The notes below the pieces were generated by a model that searched no databases, was not told the origin of the DNA, and was given only the letters and a program-made list of their open reading frames with translations. From the NCBI RefSeq assembly GCF_009914755.1, contig NC_060936.1: a DNA stretch of 64,000 nucleotides. The stretch is one strand, 5' to 3'. The position numbers were made by a program, and so were the translations under genes. Positions 14,677 to 28,547 of this stretch are shown here, in pieces. Every line of letters starts with the position of its first letter. The first letter of the stretch is position 1. The DNA is from the human T2T-CHM13v2.0 reference genome, Homo sapiens.

Positions 14677-15769
14677 TGTAAAGAGCCTAAGGGCAGGAAT
14701 CTTATCTAGTTTCACTCACTGTTGTATCCCTGACACATAGTAAGTGTTCAATACTATGGGCTGGAGAGAGAGAGGTGGGGAGGAGAGAGGAGGAAAGAGG
14801 GGGTGGCATACAGCATGCAAATGTATCAGTTATCTACCACCACAATAATACTGTATAACAAACTACCTCCAAAGGCTCAACTTCAAACTATTCCTTTTAT
14901 TACTGCTTACAAGTGGGTAGGCTGCCTGGCAGTTCTTCCAGCCCCAGCTGAGCTCACCCACATGTCTGGAGGTCTGCTGGTTGCTGGCTGATGGCCTCAG
15001 TTGGGTCAACCAGACTCTCTCCCATCTGTCTCTCTCTCCCATGCATGTCTTTCCTATTCCCCCAGCAAGCTGGTCTGGGCATGTTTTCCAGCTAGCCTGG
15101 GCACATTCTTATGGTGGCTGCAGAGATCCAAGCAAGCAAGTGGAAATACACAAGCACTTTCTCCAACCTCTGCTTGCATTATGTTTGCTAAATGCCATTG
15201 GCCAAAGCAAGTCACATGCTCAAGCCCAGAGCCAGAATAGGGGGCTAGGGGATTAAGAGTTATTAGACAGAGGGCATAGCTATAGGGAGAAATTAACTGG
15301 AGCTATTAATGCAACCAGCCTACCACAAGAATGATACCCAATTCCCACCAGCCCCTACCCTCACCCCAAGCCCCACTCCACATTCGATTATCTAAAGCCC
15401 ACGCAAAAAGAATAGAAAACAAGATTCTACTGACTCCTTTCTCCATATGGGAAAAGTGAGAGCGCTAAGTCAGGCTCTTCAATTAGTCATATTTATTTAA
15501 ACCAGCAGTTGCAAATCTTAATACCTGCAGGGAATAGGCAGGTAATAAATTACTGAATCAGACCAGGCAAGGAACAGAGGGCACCAAGAAACACTTCCCC
15601 TCTCTCCCCAGGGGTGGTAGCTACACAGCTCAAGCCAATAGACACCTCACAAGAACGCAGGCCCAAGCTGCCGCCTCATCTAATTATTTCAAGAGAAGCT
15701 GAAAATATGCATTTTTCAGTGAAATCATATTTAAAAGTTAGCCACCAATTAAAAAATAAATCAGCACAA

Positions 15770-16206
<437 letters not shown>

Positions 16207-16374
16207 TTAGCACTCTGTTCCCAGCCTAGAACAGTACCTGGCATATAATATTGGTTGGAAGAAAGGAAAAAAAGAAGGGAGGAAGAGAGGGTAGAGGGGT
16301 GGAAGGGGAGGGGAGAAATTAACATTTATGAAGTATCTATTTGCATTAGGAAGCATTTTATACACATATTCTCA

Positions 16375-17132
16375 ATTGAATTGTGTTATCAGCAAAATTC
16401 ATCTGTTGAAGCCCTAACGCCCAATGTGACTACATTTGGAGATGGGGCCTTTAAGGAGGTAATTAGCATTGAAGGAGATCATAAGAGTGAAGCCCTAATC
16501 TAATAGGACCAGTGTCCTTATAAGAAGAAAGAGAGATACCAGATGATATGGTTTGGCTGTGTCCCCACCCAAATCTCGTCTTGAATTGTAGCTCCCATAA
16601 TTCCCATGTCCTGTGGTAGGGACCCGATGGGAGATAACTGAATCATGGGGGCGGTTTCCCCCATACTGTTCTCGTGGTAGAGAATAAGTCTCATGAGATC
16701 TGATGATTTTATAAGGGGTTTCCCCTTTCACTTGGTTCTCATTCTCTCTTGCCTGCTGCCATGTAAGACATGAGTTTCACCTTCTGCCGTGATTGTGAGG
16801 CCTCCCCAGCCACGTGGAACTGTGAGTCTATTAAACCTCTTTCCTTTATAAATTACCCAGTCTTGGGTATGTCTTTATCAGCAGCTCGAGAACGGACTAA
16901 TACACCAGACATCCCTCCCCCTCCCCATGTGCACACAAAGGAAAGACCATGTGAGACACGGCGATAAGACAGCCATCTGCAAAACCAAGGAGGCAAGCCT
17001 CACCAGAAACCTATCCTGTCAGCACCTTGATCCTGGATGTTCCAGACTCCAGACTGTGAGAAGATAAATTTCTGTTGTTTAAGCCACCCAGTCTCTGGTA
17101 TTTCGTTATGGCAGCCTGACCAGACTAATGCA
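16375..17132 (+). mobile_element. MLT1A-like LTR interrupted by THE1 LTR
   Basis: gccctaatctaataggaccagtgtccttataagaag ... aaatttctgttgtttaagccacccagtc. Confidence 0.75.
16544..16904 (+). mobile_element. THE1 solo LTR (THE1B/C-like)
   Basis: tgatatggtttggctgtgtccccacccaaatctc...ggactaataca; exact 5-bp TSD ccaga. Confidence 0.92.
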
Positions 17133-17599
17133 CCATCTCATCCAATTAAAAATATAAAACAAAGACATTGAAATGCCCAAATTCCCAACCCACAGACAAA
17201 CACTTTACATTTGTGTATTATTTTACAATTTACAAAGCCCTGAGGCAAGGGAACAAATTATTGCCTCCATTTTTCAGATGAGAAGACTCGGGCTCAGAGG
17301 GGCCGGGAGACTTGCCCAAGGTCACACTGTGAGAAAAGAATACCAAGCCAGATCCAGATTTTGAGAGCACAGACTTTAAGAGCTCTCTTTCCAGGACATC
17401 CCAGCATCTCCCACCTTAAACCAGGTCTCCAGTGGGCAACATTGGCACTCTGCCCAGATCCACTCAGATTCTCTGTGACCTTTTCTGGATGTCCTACCAT
17501 TGACCCCAGTGTGCATTTACCTTCAACAACCAGCTTCCAGACTCTTCTTTGGAGCACTGTCCTTGGCCACTGGAGGCTCTCCACTGGCACCTACAGAAG

Positions 17600-17897
17600 G
17601 CCAGAAATGCCTGAGCATTTCTCCCAGGCAGCCCTTATCCAATGAGTGATGGGTGCACATGTAAGAAATCCAGCTCCCTTTGCTAAGCGTGGACTAACTC
17701 TGAGATGTAACTCACACTCCAAGGTGTCCCCTGTGGAATCAGGCTGAGGCCGCCTTTCATAGGATTTTGTTTGAGATTGCACGCTACTTGGTTTCCTCCT
17801 CTTTCCTGCCCTGCTTCCACCACTCCTTGACCTATTTTCCATGGAATACATAAATCCTTGCCTCAGGGTCTTCTTCTGAGAAACCAACCCAAAACCA
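17600..17897 (+). mobile_element. LTR16-like ERVL LTR fragment
   Basis: cagcccttatccaatga...atccttgcctcagggtcttcttctgagaaacc; similar 3' end at ~7200-7346. Confidence 0.55.
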
Positions 17898-18186
17898 AGT
17901 TCCTTTGAAGACTCATGTCCCACAACAAGGCTGGTTTTCTGCCCAGGGTCCTGGTACAGTGGGAGGAAGGCAGTGCCCAGAGCCTAACAGAAGATCACAG
18001 CTCTGGGGAGGACCCAAAGGAAGCAGATGTGTAGCTCCTGGAACATCTGGGAGAGGAGCAGGAATGGAGACCCTTGTGGCAATGGAGGAGGATAAGAGGA
18101 TGAAGCCCTTCGGCCTTCTTTGGCTTTTATTATTATTGTTACACAATTTATATATGTTCAGTGTACAAAAATGTCTCAAGGCAGAT

Positions 18187-18585
18187 TTTGTGTGTGTGTG
18201 TGTGTAAATTTATTTATTTATTTTTATTATACTTTAAGTTCTAGGGTACATGTGCACAACCTGTAGGTTTGTTACATATGTATACATGTGCCATGTTGGT
18301 GTGCTGCACCCATTAACTCATCATTTACATTAGGTATATCTCCTAATGCTATCCATCCCCCCTCCCCCCACCCCACGACAGGCCCGGTGTGTGATGTTCC
18401 CCCTCCTGTGTCCAGCTGTTCTCATTGTTCAATTCCCACCTATGAGTGAGAACATGTGGTGTTTGGTTTTTTGTCCTTGCGATAGTTTGCTGAGAATGAT
18501 GGTTTCCGGCTTCATCCATGTCCCTACAAAGGACATGAACTCATCCTTTTTTAGGGCTGCATAGTATTCCACGGTGTATATGTGT
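18187..18585 (-). mobile_element. 5'-truncated L1PA 3' end with (TG)n in tail
   Basis: ttattatactttaagttctagggtacatgtgcacaac...; TSD tcaaggcagat. Confidence 0.93.
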
Positions 18586-19089
18586 CAAGGCAGATATTTT
18601 TAAAAGATAACCCAAAGATAAAATAAGCAGTCAGCATATTGAAGAAAAGACTCCCTATTCAATAAATGCTGCTGGGATAACTGGCTATTACATGCAGAAG
18701 AATAAAACTGGACCCCTTCCTTTCACCATATACAAAAATTAACCAGAGATTGATCAAAGATTTAATGTAATACCTCAAACTATAAAAAAAGAGCTTTTAA
18801 GCTGGAGGCATCACATTACCTGACTTCAAACTATACTTTAAGGCTACAGTAATCAAAACAGCATGGTACTGGTATAAAAATAGACACATTAACCAATGGA
18901 ACAGAATAGAGAACCCAGAAATAAAACTGTATACCCACAACCATCTGATCTTTGACAAAGTCAACAAAAATAAGCAATAAGGAAAGGACTCCCTATTCAA
19001 TAAATGCTGCTGGGATAACTGGCTATTCATATGTGGAAGAATGAAACTGAACCCCTTCCTTTCACCATATACAAAAGATGGATCAAAGA

Positions 19090-19385
19090 TTTTTTTTTCT
19101 TTTGAGACAGAGTCTCACTCTCTTGCCCAGGCTGGAGTGCAGCAACGTGATCCCCGCTCACTGAAAGCTCCGCCTCCCAGGTTCAAGTGATTCTTATCCC
19201 TCAGCCTCCTGAGTAGCTGCAATTACAGATGTGCACCACCATGCCCAGCTAATTTTTGCATTTTTAGTAGAGATGGGATTTCACCATGTGGGCCAGGCTG
19301 GCCTTGAACTCCTGACCTCTAGTGATCCACCCACCTAGGCCTCCCAAAGTGCTGGGATTACAGGTGTGAGCCACCGTGCCTGGCC
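19090..19385 (-). mobile_element. AluS inside L1
   Basis: Full dimer; TSD gatcaa(a/g)gattt. Confidence 0.93.
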
Positions 19386-20149
19386 AGATCAAGGATTTAA
19401 ATGTAATACCTCAAACTACAAAAATCCTAGGAGAAAACCTAGGAAATAATCATTCTGGACATCAGCCTTGGCAAAGAATTTGTGGCTGAGACCTCAAAAG
19501 CAATTGCAACAAAAACAAAACTTGACAAGTGGGACCTAGTTAAACTGAAGAGCTTCTGCATAGCAAAAGAAACTCTCAACAGAGGAAATAGACACTCTAT
19601 AGAATGGAAGAAAATATTCATAAACTATGCATCCAACAAAGGTCTAATATCCAGAATTAATAAGGAACTTAAATCAACAACCAAAACCAAATAATTCCAT
19701 TTAAAAGTGGGCAAAGGACATGAACAGTCACTTCTCAAAAGAAGACAGACAGGCAGCCAACAAACATAAAAAAAAGCTCAACATCCCTAATCATCAGCGA
19801 AATGCAAATCAAAACCATCTCATACCAGTTAGAGTGGTTATTACTAAAAAGTCAAAGAGTAACAGATGTTGATGGGGCTGCAGGGAAAAGGGAATGCTTA
19901 CACACTGTTGGTAGGAATGTTAAGTTAGTTCAACCACTGTAGAAAGTAGTTTGGAGATTTCTCAAAGAAGTTAAAACAGAACTACCATTTGACCCATTCT
20001 CATTACTGGGTATAAAACCGAAGAAAAATAAATCATTCTGCCAAAAAGACACATGCACTTGTATGTTCATCACACCACTATTCATAATAGCAAAGACATG
20101 GAATCAACCTGTATGCTTATCTACGGCGGACTGGATAAAGAAAATGTGT

Positions 20150-20565
20150 GCAGGCGCAGTGGCTCAGGCTGGGCCCGGCAACTCATGCCTGTAATCCCAG
20201 CACTTTGGGAGGCCAAGATGGGTGCATCACTTGAGCCCAGGAATTCAAGACCAGTCTGGGTGACATGGTGAAACCCTGTTTCTACAGAAAATACAAAAAT
20301 TAGCCAGGCATGGTGGTGCATGCCTATAGTCCCAGCTACTCAGGAGGGTGAGGTGGGAGAATCATCTGAGCCTGGGAGGTCGAGGCTGCAGAGAACCAAG
20401 ATCATGCCACTGCACTCCAGCCTGGGTGACAGAGCAAGACCCTATCTCAAGAGCAAGAAGAAAGAAAAGGGAAGAGAAGGAAGAGAAGGAAGGAAGGAGA
20501 AGGGAAAGAGGGAAGGAGGGAGGGAGGGAATGAGGGAGGGAGGGAGGTACAGAAAAGAAAAGAAA
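20150..20565 (+). mobile_element. AluJ with GA-rich tail, inside L1
   Basis: Dimer plus (GGAA/GGGA)n tail; TSD aaagaaaatgtg. Confidence 0.9.
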
Positions 20566-21313
20566 ATGTGACACATATATACCATGGAATACTACACAAC
20601 CATAAAAAAGAACAAAATCATGTCCTTTGCAGCAACGTGGATGCAGCTGGAGGCCATTATCCTAAGCAAACTAATGCAGGAACAGACAAGCAAGTATTGC
20701 ATGTTCTTACTTGCAAAGGGGAGCTAAACATTGGGTACACATCGACATAAAGATGGCGATAATAGACACTGGGGACTACCAGATAGAGGAGAGAAGGAGA
20801 GGGGCAAAGACTGAAAAACTAACTGTTGGATACTATGTTCACTACCTGGGTGACGGTATCAATCATACCTCAAACCTCAGCATCACACAATATGCCAATG
20901 TAACAAACCTGCACATGTACCGACTGAATCTAAAATAAAAGTTGAAATTAATTTTTTAAAAGAGCTTTTACAATTCATAAAAATTGCAGAAATCTAACAG
21001 AAAAAAAGAAGTCAAGGGAAAGACATTAATAGGCAATTTCAGAAGTATAAAAATGGCCTCTAAACTAGTCATCAAAAATCTACAAATTAAAACTGTGAAG
21101 TGCTTTTTCCCTCATTTATGTGTCAAAATTTTAAAGGTTAATAATATTCAACGTTGGAGAACTCATGGAATGCAAATTCCTGCAGCAGCTTTGTAGGGCA
21201 ATTTGGCAATCACTATCAAACTAGTAAACGGGCAAACCCTTCAATCCAGCAAGAACACTTCAGGGAATTTATTCTCCAGAATAATTTTCACAACCTAAAA
21301 AGTTTTAGGTAAA

Positions 21314-21603
21314 CCGGGTGTGATGGCTCATGCCTGTAATCCCAGCACTTTGGTAGGTGGATCACCTGAGGTCAGGAGTTTGAGACCAGCCTGGCCAACA
21401 TGGTGAAACCCCGTCTCAACTAAAATACAAAAATTAGCCAGGCATGGTGGCAGGTGCCTGTAATCCCAGCTACTCGGGAGGCTGAGGCACGAGAATCACT
21501 TGACCCTGAGAGGCAGAGGTTTCAGTGAGCAGAGATCATGTCACTGCACTCCCGCCTGGGCGATAGAGCAAGACTCCATCTTAAAAAAAAAAAAAAAAAA
21601 AAA
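21314..21603 (+). mobile_element. AluS
   Basis: Dimer with long A tail; TSD aaaagttttaggta. Confidence 0.93.
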
Positions 21604-24600
21604 AGTTTTAGGTACAAAGATGTGCATTGCAGCACCATTCATAATCATGAAAACTGGAAACTGTTTTACTGAAAGCAGTGTCTTTCCTGTGGGTCATTGA
21701 TTTAGGAACATGCTCTCAGGGAGCAGGAACGAGGGCATGAAGGGGGAAGAGGGAAAAGCCAACACAAGCATGAAATATCTAGTTGGCCACTACCACCTGT
21801 AATTGGGTGCGCCATCTATGGGATCTTTCAAAGAGATGGTGAAATGCATGTCAGAACTGTCCATCTAAGGGGAGCAGGGAAACACACTATCCATCAGCTC
21901 CTGTCTCCTATTGGTCAGGACCACCCAAGGGGCAATGGCTCCTTCCAGCTTCAAGGTACTGAGTGCAGAGGTTGCAATCAGATTCCCAGTGGAATTCCAC
22001 ATTGCAGCATCTGAGAAGCCCCATGGAGGGGGCAACTGAACAGAGTTAACTGAAGCCTGCTCAGAAATGTTCGGCACAGACGTGGCTAGGATAAGAATTA
22101 TGACTTCATATCATGAACCAGAGTAACCTGGCCTTCCATGCTGACTAACTTTGACACAGGGACTGACCATAGTACATGGTTATCCTTAGCTCTCTGATGG
22201 CTTGTCAGTGAAGAAGCTACCTCCTATGGACAAGGGCCCCTGTCATGGAAGGGCTGTGGATCTACTCAGCTGAAAAACACAATGCCTGCTGGTGGCCTCT
22301 CCGCTCCATAGAGGGGCAGAATCTTTCTCTCCTGCATTGAGGTCCAGGGTGCTCCACTGTCTTAAGTGATTAAGATTATAGCTATGCAGCTGTATCACTA
22401 CTTTTCTTTTCTCCAAATGGGCTTCTTTGATACCATCACCTCTTCCACCAAGTTTCTCTCATTTCCTTGAACTACTGCAGAATGAGATGTAATCTTAGGT
22501 TTTTCCCCTTCCGCTCACCCTAAAACAAGCATAAAAGTCTTCTTAATGCCTTTGTGCTTGCTAATACCCCAGGAGGAACTGTAGTGGACACTGTGATCTT
22601 GGTCTTCCCAATAGGCTCTTTCCTTGGAAATGCCCTCCTTATTCTATGTGCTTCTAGTGGAGCTGTCAATCACAGCTTCTATAACAACAAGTGTGGTCTA
22701 TTAGAGAACCCTACCCTCCAGGCCAGGCTGGTTCAGAGGTAGGCATGTGTCTCAAGCAGGGCCAGTCAGAGTTCTTCCACAGTAATCCTCTGCTGGAGCC
22801 ATGGAGAAGACTATATTTTGCCTCTGGGGTCATAATGTTGGAATTTTGGTCTGCCAGCCACATGTTTCTGCCACTCAAGAGAAATCTTAAATAATAAAAT
22901 CAACACGCAAACAGAGCCAAGAAATGGAGAAAGAGTCCCAAATACATTGTTTGATCCGTGGCTTCTGTTGTGCCTATCAATATCTTCATGCCTATCCTCT
23001 TAGACATATAAACTAATAAAAACAGTTTAGGAGCTTTAGCTAGTTTGGCTGAATTTTTGTCATTTGCAACAAAAAAAGTTAAACAAAAATAGATTGGGGA
23101 ATTGGGGTAATGGAAAGAAGGTGAACAAGATTTCAGGACCTCTTCAAAGACCTAGACAATGTCTTTCTCTGATCTTCACAGACATATACATGGAGCTGGA
23201 TCTGAAATCCTGCCTTATTCAGCTCAGCCCTTTGGTCAAGTCTTGAGAGGAAGTCCCCTTTCCATTTTCATCTGTGAAAGTAAAATTCATCATCTTACTT
23301 TTTCCTACTTTCTTGTAATGGAGAGGAAAAAAATATGAATACAATATCATGGTGGATTCCCTAAGGACTCAAGTGAAATGACTGATATCTTACATGAAGC
23401 TCTTTGTCTTCTGGCTTCATGCCCTAATACCATCTTAGGGATTTCCCTGGAAATGTATCCATTAATTTTATAAGTACTGTACTGGCTTCAAGAATGGCCT
23501 TGATCAGATTTCATCAAAAATAATAATTATTATAGCAGCTAATATCTATTGAGCATTTACTACGTATCAGGAACTATGCTAAGCATTAGCACACTTGTCA
23601 TAGCAACACTGGTAGCAAGTACCATTATTATTCCAGCAGTAGCATTCTATGGGATTGCCTCCCCAGTGCTCCCTTCTTCTCTCCCAATCTTATGTCTACA
23701 ACAGGAGCAGCCACTTTACAATGTAATCCTACCCCTTGGCCACAGCTGATTGGTTCAAAGATGAGCACCTGATCCCAAACAGGCCAGTGATACCTTACCC
23801 TGAGAATTTTGAATGTGGCACGATGTCAAGTCAGACTCTCTCTGAATGGCTGATGTTACTTTCATATAAAAACCTGAAGCCACTGCATCCGTGTTTTCCA
23901 TCCTGTACACTGAAGAGCAGAGAAAGTCGAGACTGCAGAGAAAAAAAAGAATGACATCAATGCCAAGAAATAGGCTGTGATAGGCAGTGGAGACATGTCT
24001 ACAGATCTCTAGTCCTGCCTCCAGTTGGTAGAATCTAGATGCTTCCTTGTCATTCCCCTAGCTTGACTCTTCAACTCTTCTTTGTAGTCAGGAGCTTTCT
24101 AATAAATTACCTCTATTAATGTTGTTTATTCTAATTAACTTGGGTTTCTGTCACTTAGAATGAAAACATATTAACAAACACAATCTCATGCTCCAAAAGA
24201 GGGACTAAGCTCAAAGAAGTTATATACATTTCCCAAGAATACATGGCTGGAATTGGATTTAAATCTGGATTTACACGACTCTGGAGCACCTACTCTTCAC
24301 AATTTACTATAATGAAAGTGGAGAAGTGACTTGGATTACAAGTGTTCATTCAGAATGGATGCTCTAAATCCAGAATCTGCTCTGAGCATTATAAACATAA
24401 GAATTCTGATCATCTTGAAGAGCTGCTCATGACCTGAGAGGATGTTAAGAGTGAGAACTATGTCAACAAGAATTTAGTCCCCATGGTGAGACTCTCATCA
24501 AAGAAGAGGCTCTGGAGCCCTCAAGTATTTCACTGGCTGAGTTAAGGAGCAGGGAAATCTTCTGAGAGAACCCTGGTGTGCTGACACTCCAGCCCTATAT

Positions 24601-24859
24601 GTTGATTTGACTTGAAAACTATCCTGTCTAACAGTTGCTTGTGGAAAAACAACGTCAGATTCTCTGATTCCTCCCTCTCCTTTGCCACCACACCCATGCC
24701 CTGTTGGTTTTAGCTCCAAGGTAGACTTCACTCTATCTGCATTTCTCCATCTCCACCACTATGACTTGAGGCACCATCATCTCTCACCTCTACTCTTGCA
24801 GGAGCTTTCATTGGCCCCTATGCTGAGCATTCTCCTTTTTGGGCTCAGATCCAATCCCT

Positions 24860-25318
24860 ACCCTTCCCAGTCTTGCTCTACATCCCAGGGAACCATATTT
24901 CCCAGGCTCTTCTGGCTTCCAGATAAATGCAACCATTGGGAGGCACCAGTGGGAGACTAGAGGGAGGGATGAAGAGAGAAACCAGGGCATCTCTGGCCCT
25001 CCACCTGTTTCAGGTGGAATCCCTGAGCAACATCCACACCTCCCCCAATGGTTTCACCTCCATGGTCCCAGCTCCAGCAGGGCAGCCCCAACCATGGTTC
25101 TCCTTCCTGCCAAATGGTTCCAGCTCCTGGGTTCTGATAACATCACCTCCCTACTTTGTCCATTTGGCCATAAGTAAAAAGAAGTCTTGATAGTAATCAT
25201 TTCTGGGTCAGCTCCTTGTCCCCTATTTGACTTCTCAGCTGTTTTAACACTTGTATAACCATTTCCCCGTATTAAGTCCCCTCTGTTTGAAATACCTAGA
25301 CCAGACCCTGACTGATGC
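24860..25318 (+). mobile_element. LTR33-like ERVL LTR
   Basis: ccattgggaggcaccagtgggaga...cccctctgtttgaaatacctaga...ccctgactgatgca. Confidence 0.5.
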
Positions 25319-25811
25319 ACTTCCCTCTGATTCATATTCCACCCAACAGCCAGAGTAATGTTTTTCAAATATCAACTGAATCATATTACTCCTGCTTAAA
25401 ACCACTCAATGGCTTCCCATCACTTTGAATAAAATCCAAATTCCTCACCACCAGGTCCCTCAAGACCTGTCCCCTGCCTGGCTTTCCACCCCATCTCACA
25501 CACCTCTCTCCCCATCACCCTGCCTGCTTTCCAGCCCCTCTGGCCTTCAACCAGTCCTCCCACATGCCAAGCCTTTTTCTTCTCCCAGCCTTTGCACATG
25601 CTATTCCATCTGCCTGGCAGGCTCTCTTCCCTACTCTCAACCTGGCTCACTCACTTCTTTTACTCCTGTAAGTGCAGCATAAATGTCCCCTCTTCATAGA
25701 ATCCCTCCACCACCACTGCCACCACTTCTTATACTTATTATTGCCTGCTGGCCTCACTAGGTTATAAGTCTACAGGGCAGACGCGTATCATGTTCATAGT
25801 TCTATATCCAG

Positions 25812-26395
25812 TGTGTCAGTCAGAGTTCTCCAGAGAAAGAGAGCCTACAGATTTAGGTAGCTATATAAGAGGAGATTTATTGTGGGATTTGATTCATATG
25901 ATGATGCAGACTGAGAAGTCCCAAGATCTGCCATGCTGCAGCTTGAGAACCAGGAAAACCAGTGGTGTAATTCAGTCCAAGTTCAAAGGCCTAAGAACCA
26001 AGAGAGCTGATGGTGAAACTCCCAGTCCAAGGCCAAAGGCCTGAGAACTAAAGAAGAGGAGGGAAGAGGTAAGAGGTGGAACTGGTGTAAGCCTCAGAGT
26101 CCAAAGGCCCAAGAACCAGGAGTGCCAATGTCTGAACACAGGAGAAGATGAATGTCCTAACTCAAGAAGGAAAAAAGAGAATTTGCCTTTCCTCCAACTT
26201 TTTGCTCTATCTGGGGCCCTACAGATTGGATGATGCCCACCTACGTTGGGGAGGGCCATCTGCTTTACCCAGTGTATCAACTCAAATGCTAATCTCTTCC
26301 AAAAACACTCTCACAGATACACCCAGAAATAATGTCTTACTAGCTATCTGGGCATCCCTTACCCAATCAAGTTGACACATGAAATTAACATCACA
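25812..26395 (-). mobile_element. MLT2B-like ERVL LTR
   Basis: tgtgtcagtcagagttctccagagaaa...tcaagttgacacatgaaattaacatcaca. Confidence 0.85.
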
Positions 26396-28249
26396 GCCAG
26401 CCCTTGACCTGGCACATATTAGACACCAAAGATTTGCTGAATGAAAAAATCATCCAGTGAGATCATCTGGTTCAGTGGTCATCAAGAGGGGCTTATACTG
26501 CCCCCTGGAGGCTGTCTTGGGCTGGGTGCTCTAGAAGTGGACTATGATAATAATTTGTGTAAAAGTCATTTATTAGGGTGTATTCCCACAACAAACCAGT
26601 AGGCAAAGCCCCACAGAGGGCAACCTTCGCTCAATCCCTCATCTTAAATTTGACCAGGTCAAAGACTGGGGAGCTGGAGCACTCATCCCCCACCCACACA
26701 CCTGTCAGTCATTGGTTAAGAGCTTCCCATTGGGTGGAGAATGAACATAGATTCCTAGCAAAGCAAGTTCTGGCAATCTGAAGACAGTACACCATGAAGA
26801 GACACAGGTGCTGGCATTTGAGGAGGGAGGGCACACTGACAGATCATGACTACAAAAACAGTGAAGGGATGCAGGGATATGAGTAGGGCACTAGCTGGGT
26901 TTGCTACAGATGCGTTTGGAAACGTGTGGTGGTGCTTTTTGGTTTTCAGTAATTTGAGGTGTGGCTGACATACAATGCCCAACGACCAGGCATGCTCAAC
27001 ATCATACACTACCTCACTCAGTCCCACCCAATAAAAAACTGTCCCATCCCAAATGTCAAAAGCGCCCCAACAGATGAACATTCATCTGCTTCCAATCTCT
27101 CACTTGACAGATGAGGAATTGAGGCCCAGAGAGGGAAAGTGACTTGCTCAGGGCAACACAGCAAGCAAGTCACAAAGATGGGGCTAGAATGCTGGTCTCT
27201 TCATAGCAGCCCTGGAGTCTTAATTCCTCTTGAAACCTAAAAGAGAACATTCTAAACCCCAAAGTGCAAAGTCCCTTCTGGAATTCTAGAAGGGGGAGCC
27301 AATTCCCTCTCTTCCCTGGGTGAAGTGGGGAGAAATCAAACTTGAAGACATCAGAGGCTACAGCCGAAAGCAGATGTGCAAACAAAGATAAGGGAGACAG
27401 AGTTTTCACCAGACAAATTCACGCCCTGCTCAGTTTAGACATTAAAATGAACTAACTTAATTTCATGCCATATGCAAATCCTTACCAGCTGTCAGCTCTG
27501 TAATCACAGGAGACTTAATGTAATAACTAAACAAGAACAAAAACGCAGCAAATACAGGCTCTGGGCAAGTCCATTGACAGCGGGTTTTATGTTCCTGAGA
27601 ACTCAGCAAGTGCAGAGCGTTTATGGCGGACATCTGGAAGGAGCTATGTGCCCAAACGCCTGCCATCTCCTTCACAAAAATGCCTGCAGCGATAATAAAT
27701 AATGGCTAAGAACTGATCTGGCCATTGCGTACCCTGATCTTCCATGTACTGTGAACATCTCCCTCTAGGCTCTACAGCTTTTCTCCAATTGTCAGGAGCC
27801 AGCTAGGTCCAGCCATCTGGACCGAGAGCTCAGAAGTAGCCAATAAATGTCTCAGGCTTCCTGAATTCAAGTCCCCCACCCGGAACCTAAGGGGTGGGAA
27901 GATGGCTGCTGCCTTGTAGTGGGGGGCTTCTCTGGCCAGAGGACCCCACATTCCTCCAATGGCCCAAGTTAACAGTCCTAATTGCAAACATCAAATGCTA
28001 CTTACTGGGGGCCAGGAACCAAGCACACCACTTTCTGTGCATTATGTCCATGTTACCCAAGGTGTGGAGGATGATTTAAGGTCATTCATTCATTCATTCA
28101 ACAAACAGTTATTAAGCACTTATCATGTGTCAGGCACTATGCTGGGAATATAGCAGCAAACAAAAATCTCTGTCCTCAGGAAGCTTCATTTCTCGTGGAA
28201 CAAACATTTTTAAGTACAGTTAGGTTGTATGTTAGATAAAAACACTTGC

Positions 28250-28547
28250 AGCCAGGCATGGTGGCTCACACCTGTAATCCTAGCACTTTGGGAGGCTGAG
28301 GTGGGTGGATCACTTGAGGCCAGGAGTTTGACACTAGCCTGGCCAACATGGTGAAACCCTGCCTCTACTAAAAATACAAAAAATTAGCCAGGTGTGGTGG
28401 CGCACACCTGTAGTCCCAGCTGCTCAGGAAGCTGAGGCAAGAGAATTGCTTGGAAACCAGGAGGTGGAAGCTGCAGTGACCCGAGGTTTTGCCACTGCAC
28501 TCCAGCCTGGGTGACAGAGTGACACCCTGACTCAAAAATAATAATAA
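28250..28547 (+). mobile_element. AluS
   Basis: Full dimer. Confidence 0.93.

Larger units (their letters stand above)
18620..20960 (+). mobile_element. L1PB/L1MA-type ORF2 3' part and 3' UTR, interrupted by two Alus
   Basis: gctggaggcatcacattacctgacttcaaactatac; ORF2 remnant [21 protein letters not shown]; ends aatctaaaataaaagttg. Confidence 0.88.
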
